NCBI RefSeq assembly: GCF_009914755.1 | Contig: NC_060940.1 | Source: the human T2T-CHM13v2.0 reference genome, Homo sapiens | Reading direction: 5' to 3' (one strand) | Length of the DNA stretch: 64,000 nt | In this document: in pieces, positions 53,700 to 64,000 of the stretch | Position numbering within the stretch: position 1 is the first letter of the stretch | How the letters are laid out: each line of letters begins with the position of its first letter | The notes under the pieces: generated by a model | Databases searched by the model: none | The model's input: the letters and a program-made list of their open reading frames with translations, nothing else | What the model was told of the DNA's origin: nothing | Translations under genes and position numbers: made by a program

Positions 53700-53885
53700 A
53701 CTTGGTTCTATTTCTCGCCATTTATGTAACTTTAGGAAAATTAATGAATTGCACTAAGCTTCTTTCTGAGAAGTGGAGATTACAACTTGCTCATGAGATG
53801 GTTCCTAGAATTAAATGAGTTTATATGTGAAAAACACTCAACACAAGTAGTGAAGTGAGCACCAACAAATGATTCCTATTATTTT
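53700..53885 (+). mobile_element. MIR fragment
   Basis: 'tgtaactttaggaaaattaat...agaattaaatgagtttatatgtgaaaaacact'. Confidence 0.6.
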
Positions 53886-53937
53886 GATACTGTAATTATT
53901 AGCACCTATTATTATCCAAATGTACAAATATGTTAGA

Positions 53938-54068
53938 CAGGGAAGAGGAGAAGAAAATGAGGAGAAGGAAAAATGGAGGAATCTAAGGGCAGAAGGAGAA
54001 AGACCAAGGAAGAAACACTAACCAGGGAAGGAAGCAGAGAGAGATTCAAAAAGAGAGAAAGAAAGGAA
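53938..54068. repeat. GA-rich low-complexity tract
   Basis: Read directly. Confidence 0.75.
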
Positions 54069-54081
54069 CACTTTGGAGTGG

Positions 54082-54226
54082 TGTTCTCATTGATACCTCA
54101 CTCTTACCAAAATTCCTCCAATTCTCCTCATTGTTCTCATTGATACCTCATTCTTATCAAAATTCCTCCAATTCTCCTCATTGTTCTTATTTGATACTTC
54201 ATTCTTATCAAAATTTCTCCAATTCT
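54082..54226. repeat. 50-bp minisatellite, ~2.9 copies
   Basis: Unit tgttctcattgatacctca(c/t)tctta(c/t)caaaattcctccaattctcctcat starting at 54082, 54132 and 54182. Confidence 0.95.
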
Positions 54227-54405
54227 GGCCCAGGCCACCAGCACCAGAATTTTCTGGACAAAAGAGTCCACTCATTTTAAAGATGCAGATTCCTGAGTGC
54301 ACTCCAGACTTGGCCAAAAATCACTGGGTATTGAAAGCAGGGGATCTACATGTTCACCACACCCACTAGTCAAAACGTATGTCCAGGCAAGTCTGAAATA
54401 TACCA
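54212..54405. mobile_element. MER5-like hAT MITE
   Basis: 'ccagcaccagaattt...taaagatgcagattcctgagtgcactccagac'. Confidence 0.55.
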
Positions 54406-55822
54406 CAAAACTCTGTGCCATGATTCTTTTCAGAAGGTGCAGAGAGTAGATGGAAATCGAAATATCCCTGCAAGTTTCCACACTCCCGCTTCCAAAGGCA
54501 AATAACTACTCCATGTCCTAGACAAATGGGTAACCCACAATTTGTTCTGATATCTGATTGAAACCCCAAATCCTGGACTTTTGACTTTGATAAAGATGAC
54601 ACTCTAGGGGGAGAAATAGAGAAGCCATTAACTGGAGGACATTAAGGCCATGGTAACATCTCTGCTTCATATATGCAGCGGCAGTGCCCTTGTGAAGGAG
54701 CTGGGCCAAGAAGAAATAATTAAAAGGATTAGGTTGAGAAGGAAGACAAAGAGGCTAAGACATTTTTCAGAGGAACTGTGAGTTTCTTTGCATGGAAAGG
54801 CATACTTACAGCCAAAATGAAATACACTGTTAATTGACTTAAAAGAAATAATCAAACCTTGCAGTTTAGTTTTAAAGGAAAAAGGCTCTATAAATTTGGT
54901 GAAATTGTTTTATACCAAATCAGTTTTAAATAACTTTTAAATATAATCTCTTCACTCCCATAAGAATATTCACTTACTGTTTTATCTTAATGTAAATTCT
55001 ATGCAATCTGGTTTTATACACACACCCCCACACACACAGAGTACAGTTTGTTTTTTTTTTAATACAGTGGTGAGTTTAAAATAGTCATGGTTTTAAAGGT
55101 AAGATAAAATATGCAATCACAAAAAAAAATTTGGTTGTTTTTACCAAATCAAATGGAAATATCATGTCTTATTAAACCAAAAATGAGCATCCTTCACACT
55201 ACAGCAATATCAACAGTACTCCGTCAGGAAAATTTCCAAGCTCACTTTATCACTCAAAACTGATCAGACATCAGTTCTCCTAACTGCTTTTTTTTCTCTG
55301 GCTTGTCCTTTACTTTACTTTCAACTTGGTAATTATCATCTTTGAAACAATGAAGTCTAAAAAGACAGTCAAATCTATTGAGAGGTTCCTTTATGGTTTT
55401 CATCTTTAGCAACATTCTTAGAAAGGTCTTTCCCACCCCTCAAATGCAGAGCCAATGCTCTTCAATTTCAGAATCTTCTAGTTCTGCTTTCTTTCCTTTA
55501 TTTCATGCTGCATTCCACAAAAGCTCCCTTTGAGACAGTTTTTCATTCCATACGAATCTAGAAACACGGCTGCTTTGGAGAATATTGCTAACTCCATGTC
55601 TGCCTCTGCTTTTTTAGCAGGTCTTGGAAGGGTAGTCATGTTACAGCAAATAGATAGTCACCCTGTCATTCAGCAGGTGCTTATGGAGCAGCTACTCTCT
55701 AGAAAACACTGAGGCAGGAGAAAGGGGGCAGGGAAGGAAAAACAGACTCAGTCTCTATACTTTGGATGCAAAAGTTACAAATAAGAAGTAAAACAAATAG
55801 GCATGAAATATTTTAATACATC

Positions 55823-56296
55823 TTTTGTGGATTGAATTGTGTCCTCCCAAAAGATACATCTAAATCTTAACCCTAGTACCTGTGAGTGTAATCTTATTTG
55901 AAAATAGGGTCTTTGCAGATGTAATCAGGTTGAAATTAGGTCATATTGGATAAGGGGGTGGGGGGTTCCAAAATCCAATGACCGCTGTCTTTATAAGAGA
56001 AAGGAGAGAGAGATTTGGACACAGGGTTACAAAGGAGACACACAGAGAGAAGATGACCATGGGAAGATAGAGGCAGAGTTGGAGTGATACTGCCACAAGC
56101 CAGGGAATGCCAGGAGCCATGAGAAGCCGTAAATGGCAAGGGGGATTCTCCCCTAGAGCCTTCAGAGGGAGCATGGCCCTGCAGATACCTTGATTTCAAA
56201 CTTCTGGCCTTCAGAACTGTGAGAGAAGAGATTTCTGTTGTTTCGAGCCACCAAGTTTGTGTTACTTGGCTATGGCAGCCCCAAGAAACCCATATG
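55823..56296 (+). mobile_element. MLT1C-like MaLR LTR
   Basis: 'gattgaattgtgtcctcccaaaagatac', 'aatagggtctttgcagatgtaat', 'gagccttcagagggagcatggccctgc'. Confidence 0.9.
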
Positions 56297-56594
56297 GCCT
56301 TCCTTGCTCTCCTTTGACAATCTGCCAGGTATTTTAAATTTTTCTAAGGATGCATTTGAATGCTCCAGGCTGAGCCACTAAGAATTGAGGACTTTCATAT
56401 CAAGATGGCAAGGCATATTTATACTGCATAACCCTCACTGCTCTAGACTCTTAAAGAAAGATTGAACATAAAAATGGAAAGTCACGAAAAGACATAGGTA
56501 ATCTAAAATACGAAATAGTTGGCTGTCTGAATTACAAATGGAACAAAACTCCAAAATGATGACAGGTATTAAGACCCCAGCTTGCTGGTCTCCA

Positions 56595-56695
56595 GTGGTG
56601 GCTTCTGACCTCCAGAACAATGAGATAATAAATTTGTGTTGTGTGCACCACGATGTTTGTGGTATTTGTTACAACAGCATTTGGTTAGGAATATA
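56595..56695 (+). mobile_element. MLT1 3' fragment
   Basis: 'cttctgacctccagaacaatgagataataaatttgtgttg...tttgttacaacagca'. Confidence 0.7.
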
Positions 56696-58986
56696 TCCAG
56701 CACTTAAGCAAAGGAGGCATAACACAACTGCCCTTGAACTCCAACTGGGACTGGGGTTCATGGTGCCAAGGAGGCAGAGACACAGGACATAGGTACAATC
56801 TGAGCACAGCTGCTTCCAGGCTCTGAAGATGAATTTGCCATGAGCCCCACAGCTTCTGAAGCAGTAACTCCCCATGGCTACCAGCATACCCAGACTTAGA
56901 AAGGCAGCCTGGAAGGGCCCAGATAGGTCAACTGCAAAATCCACGGACACAGAGTGAAAGGCACAGAAGAGAGAAAGAGAGAGAAAATTGCCAAAACATA
57001 AAAGAAATACCTACACAAAATATACATCCAAACCCAAATTCTAAAACCACATGAAGACATTTAATGCTAAGAAGAGAGCCTACACATCCAGTACTCTAAA
57101 TAGGAATTCCCTCCTGGTGACATTCACATTTTTAGAACTGTCGGACAAAAACTTTAAAATGAGTATATTGAAATAGCTCAAAGTGCTTAAAGAAGTAGCT
57201 CAAAGTGCTGAAAGCTTTTTCTAAAGGATACTAAAGCACAACCAATCAAGAATAAGATAACATAGTTATTATGAAATATGCTATATATAAGATTAAACTC
57301 AAGTAGGGTCAAAGTTCAAAAGTAACTCTCAAGAAGGAACCTCGTGTGAAACAGCAGTGTGGCACAGAAAGATAAAAATTCTTAGCATAAATCAATCCCT
57401 ACGATGAATATGTATGCATGTTTGCATGTGTGTATTCTCTAGTTTTAATTCTGCAGGAGCAAATAGGGTCTGAGATTGGTTTTCCTGATAACAAACATCT
57501 TCCTTACATCAGAATATGTTGTTTACTCCAGAGAAGACTTTGGATGTGGAAAGTCATGACAGATTCTAAATTTGAAGTTCCAATCCTAACATATGACAAA
57601 GGAAAGCCTGGAATTTTGAAAGTTAGAAGACAAGAAAAGGCTCCTGTTTCCCTGCCTTCTGCCGTTTATCCCTTCCGTGAACCAGTGAGCCTGTAGTATC
57701 CTGACGATGACCAAAAGGGAAGTATGAGAGGGTCACAAGTGAAGAAACAAAAGACCAAAATTGATAGAGAACCCAAAGGTTAAAAAAAAAAATAGCATGC
57801 TGAAAATAGTATCCGGCCACACTAGCAGTATGAATAGAGAGAATCATTCATTTAAAAGATTTATTTTTTTTTCTAGACAGCCAGTTATGTCATGGCTTCT
57901 CTGGAGAACCCAATAAACAAATTATCTTGAAGAGAATTTCACCTGTTGGGTTCTGCAGCTTAATAAGGCTGCAGTGCCATCATCACAGAGTCCTAACGCG
58001 CCTCACAGGAGAATGTCTTGGACACACTCCTATAAATTAATTTTCTAATTCTGGCTCTGCCACCAGCTCATTTGGTTTCTCTGGATTAATGATGCCACAC
58101 CTAAAAATGCTGGGATTAGACTAGATGTTCCCTGGCATCTCTTACATCTCTCACATTTTTTAGTTCTCTAATTTTTATTCTGTTTCAAAAGGAAATTAAA
58201 ATATTCTACATCCACAAAGTCATCTTATGTGTGATTTATAACAGTGTGCATTGGGGAAAAAAAAGGCTATAGCAGAATTCTCAGAATAAGTTGCAGTTAA
58301 AATAAGGCATTATTAATGTCCTTAGTACACCATACAATATATCCTCAGACAAGATAAGAAAGTATAAGTTTTCAATTGTTATTAATTACTGCATACTACG
58401 CACCTGCAAGAAATGTTCAAAAACTGCAGAAATAGATACTACTTATTATGAGCTACATCAAGGAATAGGAAAGCAAGTTTTAGTTTGGGTAAGTTTTAAA
58501 TATTTTTCCGTCATTTCTCCTTAATCAATATAAATTGAAAACAGATTCATCTAATCCACTTCAAGAACTTAGTAATGGATTTGGAAGGCCAATTCCAGGT
58601 CTCCCAGGCATTGAGCAAAAAATAATGCGTAAATGCTCTTCTGTCAGTGAAGCTGAGGTATATAATAAAACTGTGACTCACTAAAAAAACTGAAAGCATC
58701 CCCAACTCTAAGTGTATGTGGACTCCAGAGAGCACCTGTCTCTGCGCACATGGAATACAGGAGAAAAATCAGAAAAGTTCTTCATCGTTTCAGGAAAGTG
58801 AGAAGCAAAAAATCAGGGATAACTAAGAGCAAAATAGGTTAGTGTTGGTACGCAAACTGTTGTCTTAAAGTTAAATGCAGTGTAATTACTGACTGAATAA
58901 TGGGCATATGGATTTTCTTACATCTAGTATTAAAATCACACAGCTTTGCATAAAATTCATTAAAATTACATTCATAGCCCAAAATG

Positions 58987-59570
58987 TTTCTAGTTATTTA
59001 TTGTTCCATAAAAAATTACTCCTCTCAAAGTGGCTTAAAACAATAATAATAATTTATGTTACTCAAGAATCTGGAATTGACTAGATTTATCTAGAAAGTT
59101 CTGGCTCAGTTTCTCTACGTGGCCATAGGTACAAAGCAGATGGTGGTTGGGGCTGGGTTCTCTTGAAGGCTTATTCACTCACACATCTGGTACCTGGGCT
59201 GGGAAGGCTTAGACAGTTGGGGACTAGAATGACTGGGCCCCTATGGGCATCCCTCTCTGTCTTCGAGAGGTCAGTCTGAGTCATCAATCCATATAGCAAC
59301 CTCAGAGCAGCCTGATTTTAGATGGCGGCTAAAGGCTCCCAGAGTGAGTGTCACAAGATAAACCATTACAGGCAGCACGGCCTTTCCTAACTCAGTCTTA
59401 AGAGTCATACAGCATCACTTCTGTCATTCCTTTTGTGGTGGTCATCACAAAAGGCCACCCAAGTTCAAGAGAACAGATTCCCCCTCCTCGTAAAGATGTG
59501 GCAAAGCTCTCAAGAGCAAATGGGGGAAAAAAAAAACTGCAGCTGATTATAAAAAAATACAATCTCCTAA
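58987..59570 (-). mobile_element. MLT1F/G/H-like MaLR LTR
   Basis: 'agtggcttaaaacaata', 'ttcactcacacatctggtacctgggctggga', 'gtcatacagcatcacttctg'. Confidence 0.8.
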
Positions 59571-59648
59571 AAGCTGGTTGGGATGAGACCCCCAATGATT
59601 TTAAGATATCATTTCCAGTTTATTGGGAGAAAACAAAGACTTTGGCAT

Positions 59649-60233
59649 TTTATTAGTTTTCTTTTGCTGCCATGAGGAATTAGCTCAAAAATTTATTTTT
59701 TTGCACTTCTACAGTTTATAAGTCCAGTATGCAATATGGTCTCGCCAGGCTAAAATCAAAGTGTCATCAGGGCTGCTCTCTTTTCTGAAAACTCTAAAGG
59801 AGACTCAGGGATCCTATTCATTCAGATTTTTGTCAGAACTTAGTTCTTTGTGACTGTAGGACTGAGGTCCCCACTTTGTTGCTCATCGCTAGCTGAGGTC
59901 CATTTGTAGATTCTAAGGTCCCCTGAATTCCTTGGCTCATGGCTTCTTCCTCCATCTTCAAAACCAGCAATGGTGAGTGACAATCACTCTCACACCTCAT
60001 CTCTCCTGCGTTTCTTCCATCGCATTTCCCCAACTGATCCTTGATGGAGAAAATTCTCTGCTTTTCATGGCTCATGTGATTAGATTGAGCCCATCTTGAA
60101 AATCCTGAGTAACCTATGTGTCTCGAGCTCTTAACCTGAATCACATGTGTAGAGTTCTTTTTCTCTTGTAAGATAACATATGCTGTGGATTAAGACTTGA
60201 GCATGTCAGGGAGCCATAATTCTGCCTACCAAA
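59649..60233 (-). mobile_element. MLT1E-like MaLR LTR
   Basis: 'ggctaaaatcaaagtgtc', 'ctgtaggactgaggtcccca', 'tccatcttcaaaaccagcaatgg', end 'ccataattctgcctacca'. Confidence 0.85.
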
Positions 60234-60806
60234 GACATAATTTGTTTGATTAAAGAGAGCCCATGACAATGGAATTAAAGAAATTGATATTAAAACTAGA
60301 TGGTTCTGGGGACTCCATGAAGTGACTCCACATTCATTAAGCACATCTGTTTAAACAAGTGATTTGACTTCCCACACATGGTCAGAAACATAAGATTACA
60401 AAGTGCATTGCCCTTAGGTTCATGAGTATTTTCTCAGTGGAAAGACCTTCTCGCTAAAATTTAATTGACTTTATTGTGTATGCAAGTGCAATAAAGGTTA
60501 CTTGGTTTCCAAGACCAAATAACACAGCAGTTACAAATTAGAAGTGGCAAATACCAATCAACAATGACAAGTGTCATCTGACAACAAAGGAGAAATTTCA
60601 AGAAATATATTACACAAAAATGCAGTATCTATCACACATACAAACACAGTTAGTAGTCAAAAGTCATTTGTGGGCAGGCACTGTTATACCAGTGATTATC
60701 ACTACATGTCATTGAGAAATGACTAAGTTATATTCAAAATATTCTTTTTATGAGTTTATAACATATTATAGAAAAACTTTACATCATTGAGGAAAGACAA
60801 ACTTAG

Positions 60807-61098
<292 letters not shown>

Positions 61099-61135
61099 CT
61101 AACTTGAAGAAAAATAAAAGTGGGTGTATATGCAG

Positions 61136-61523
61136 TGTAGTGGACATGTTGGCAAATTAGGCTACTCCCTCCATTCCTGCTGGGAAGGAAATTGACCATG
61201 AGCACCCCCATCGGGACATTTGTGTTTGCACCATGGGATGTGTGATTAGGCTAAGCAGGTTGTCATGAGTTCTCGGGGCAGACATGTAGGCACTGAGAGA
61301 AGATGAAGCAATTCTTCAAGAGAAGCCAAGATTTCAGGCTCAGGCCTGAGTCCTAAATAGCTTTGAAGGTCCAACCCCACTCCCTCCAGAGAACCCCCGG
61401 GGAATTTCAGTCCTGGAGTCCCCTAGTGTCCTTCCAGTCATTTTCCTTTATTTATTTATTTTGGCCCAACTCAGTTGCAGTGAATTTCTCTTCCTTGTGA
61501 CCAAACAATTCATCACTGAGACA
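61136..61523 (+). mobile_element. Old LTR (MLT1K/L-like)
   Basis: TG start 'tgtagtggaca'; 3' end 'tttctcttccttgtgaccaaacaattcatcactgagaca'. Confidence 0.45.
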
Positions 61524-62042
61524 AATGGGCAAAATCCCAGTCATTTGAAAAACAATCCAGTTATCAAAAAGGATCAATTCTCTAACAGCTCTAGATGGCT
61601 ATCAAGTTTTGCAGTTTGTGTGGTTTACTGAAGTGCTTTTTGTTCAATATGTGCATTTCAAGAAACACTCCAAGCTTTGATTAAGAGAATATGGTTTCCC
61701 ACCTCAATAACTAACTTTTCATAAAACAGATGTCTGTAATTTTATTTTAAATATGACCCAATAGTGGAATTTGATCTGAAGGAGTTGAAATAGAGTGTTT
61801 TTAAAATAACCTGTTTATGATTGGTTTTAATATATCTCAACACACACCTTTTTGAAATTGAGAAATTAAATCATCCTAGGAACTACAGATTTCAAAGAAA
61901 GCCCCTACCTTTTACTTTAAACCAAAAAAAATCTATATTTTTAGAAAAAAATAAATCATATTAGCATTGTAGATAACAGGATTTATTCCTGGAAAATCTT
62001 ATTAGTAAGGTTAGAATTTCAGGATTTTGAAGTGCAGTGATT

Positions 62043-62327
62043 TTTATCAGTTAGTGTCAAGCCAGGAATATGAAGGTCACCTCAGGTAATTCAATAGAGG
62101 GAAATTAACATGGAGCACGAGTAATGATCATGTTGGAAGATGTGAACAGGCAAATGAGGAAGAGGGGCAAGCCAGAGATTCACAACAGCAGTTGGGACTG
62201 CACTACCTACGGCACAGAGACCTAAAGAGACCAAGAAGGAGGTCAGCGCTGCCAGGTGGGAACTAGAATCATAAAGGAGATATAGCTACAGCTAAAGGTG
62301 CCATATGAAGTGAAGAGAAATGGGGAT
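62043..62327 (-). mobile_element. Old ERVL-class LTR (LTR33-like), interrupted by THE1C, probably resuming ~62700-62850
   Basis: 'tatcagttagtgtcaagccaggaa...caggtaattcaatagagggaaattaa'. Confidence 0.45.
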
Positions 62328-62694
62328 GGATATGATTTGGCCATGTCCCCACCCAAATCTCATCTTGAATTGTAGCTCCCATAATCCCCGCATGTCATGG
62401 GAGGGACCTGGTGGGAGGTAATTGAATCATGCATGGGGGCGGGTTTTCCCGTGCTGTTCTCGTGATAGTGAGTAAGTCTCACAAGAGCTGATTGTTTTAT
62501 AAAGGGCAGTTCCCCTGCACACACTCTCTTGCCTGCCGCCATGTAAGACATGCCTTTGCTCCTCTTTTGCCTTCCACCATGATTGTGAGGCTTCCCCAGC
62601 CATGTGGACCTGTGAGTCTGTTAAACCTCTTTTTCTTTATAAATTACCCAGTCTCAGGTATTTCTTCATAGCAGTATGAAAATGGACTAATACA
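62328..62694 (+). mobile_element. THE1C MaLR solo LTR
   Basis: 'atatgatttggccatgtccccacccaaatctcatcttgaattgtagctccc' ... 'ttcttcatagcagtatgaaaatggactaataca'; 5-bp TSD gggat/gggac. Confidence 0.95.
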
Positions 62695-62957
62695 GGGACA
62701 TAACTTTTTTTTTTCCATTGACTGCCCTTAGTTGATAGCTGGTTGGCAAGGGAGCCTAGGCAAGGTAATTTGCAGGAGTCAAATCTCTGTAAACTGAGCA
62801 GATCACAGAAGAGATGGAAAAGGTTCTAAGGACAAACAGGCCACAATGATTGTGCAGATTTTTACACCTTAAAAATCCATTCTAATATGTGGAGTGACAG
62901 AGGTAACTGCTTCCAGCACAGAATAGTATTCCAGCTAAAAATCACATTACTACCCCC

Positions 62958-63385
62958 TATTAAAAGAAAAACTTCAGCCAAACTAAAGTTAAAGGAGTTT
63001 AAATGAGGAATGAATGATTCACGAATCAGATAGTCCCAGAATGACAGCAGATTCAGAGACTCCTGGGATGCCTCGTGGTCAGAACAAATTTATAGACAAA
63101 GACAGGGAATGACACACAGAAATCAGAAGTGAGGGGCAGAAACAGCTGGATTGGTTACAGGTTGGCATTTGCCTTATTTGAACACACTTTGAACACTCAG
63201 CAGTGTATGAGTGGTTGAAGTATGGCTGCTGAGATTGGCCAAGACTTAGCTATTGTTATAGGCACGTACTCCTAAATTAGGTTTTCAATTTTATCTGCCT
63301 GTTAAGTTAGGTTATGGTTTGTCCACAAATATTCAAATACAGAAGTACAGAGTCCTTCTCAGGCTATATTTAATTCGCTTTAACT
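62958..63385 (-). mobile_element. MER57-family ERV1 solo LTR
   Basis: Reverse complement starts 'agttaaagcgaattaaatatagcctgagaaggactctgtacttct'; CCCC TSD at 62954-62957 and 63386-63389. Confidence 0.9.
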
Positions 63386-64000
63386 CCCCAAAAGATCATA
63401 CTATGACATATGAATGCCTACACCACAATACACAACATGATCTGGAAGTCAAAGAAATCAGCAAAGATTGTAACTTTTTGCCCTCTGGCATACAGATACA
63501 AAGCCAGGAATATTAACCTGCCCTGTGAGCAAATATTATTGTCATGATTATTATATTATTGTCAATAATCATTATATATATTAAGAATTATAACTGATAT
63601 CAATGAAAATATGGTATAAGACATTGTGTTTACCTTCCAAAAACCCCTCCACACACTTTTATTGCTTTGCAGCTTTATGATTTTGGTGGGAATGACCCCA
63701 GCCCTATCTAGAAGGTTGAGTAATGATGTGTCTACATTCAGGGAAATTCCATCAATCTTACAAGAGTATTTCAAACATAGCAACCCAGGCATAAGCTAAT
63801 CAGCATAGGACATTTCATTGGCTATAGAACTTGTGCAGGAATGGTCCATTCAAATTTTATTCAATAATTGTGAAAATAAAATTCCATTTCTCTAAAAGAT
63901 AAATGAATGAGCAATCATGATTCTTAAATTCCTTCTTGTAATCCTGGCATGGAACTCAGCATGGAAACAGTCTAACATCCTCTTGGTACACAGGGGTCAA

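Noticed and set aside
54082-54226. CRISPR-like array
   Set aside because: Contiguous tandem units with no unique spacers, in a primate genome with no cas genes

Overview
AT-rich simian, probably catarrhine (human/ape-like), genomic DNA: it carries AluY/AluS, THE1C, MER41A and L1PA elements. No protein-coding gene is supported. The supplied ORFs come from Alu, L1 or LTR sequence or look like chance frames; the only recognisable protein is a dead L1 ORF2p C-terminus. The first ~1 kb is free of interspersed repeats and looks like the distal 3'UTR and poly(A) region of an unidentified plus-strand gene. The rest looks intergenic: about 12 Alus, about 10 L1 fragments, many L2/MIR relics, two hAT MITEs and about 20 solo LTRs in both orientations. 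I found no evidence of a novel biological system. The best leads are a candidate stress-responsive enhancer at ~2.45-3.2 kb (perfect HSE, AP-1, ARE-like and CTCF-like motifs), a 6-nt microexon-like splice pair, a trimeric Alu, a nested Alu pair, DUX4 and ISRE-like motifs in LTRs, template-switch-like micro-rearrangements and a 50-bp minisatellite. Repeat subfamily names and boundaries were assigned by eye from remembered consensus sequences and need RepeatMasker/Dfam confirmation.
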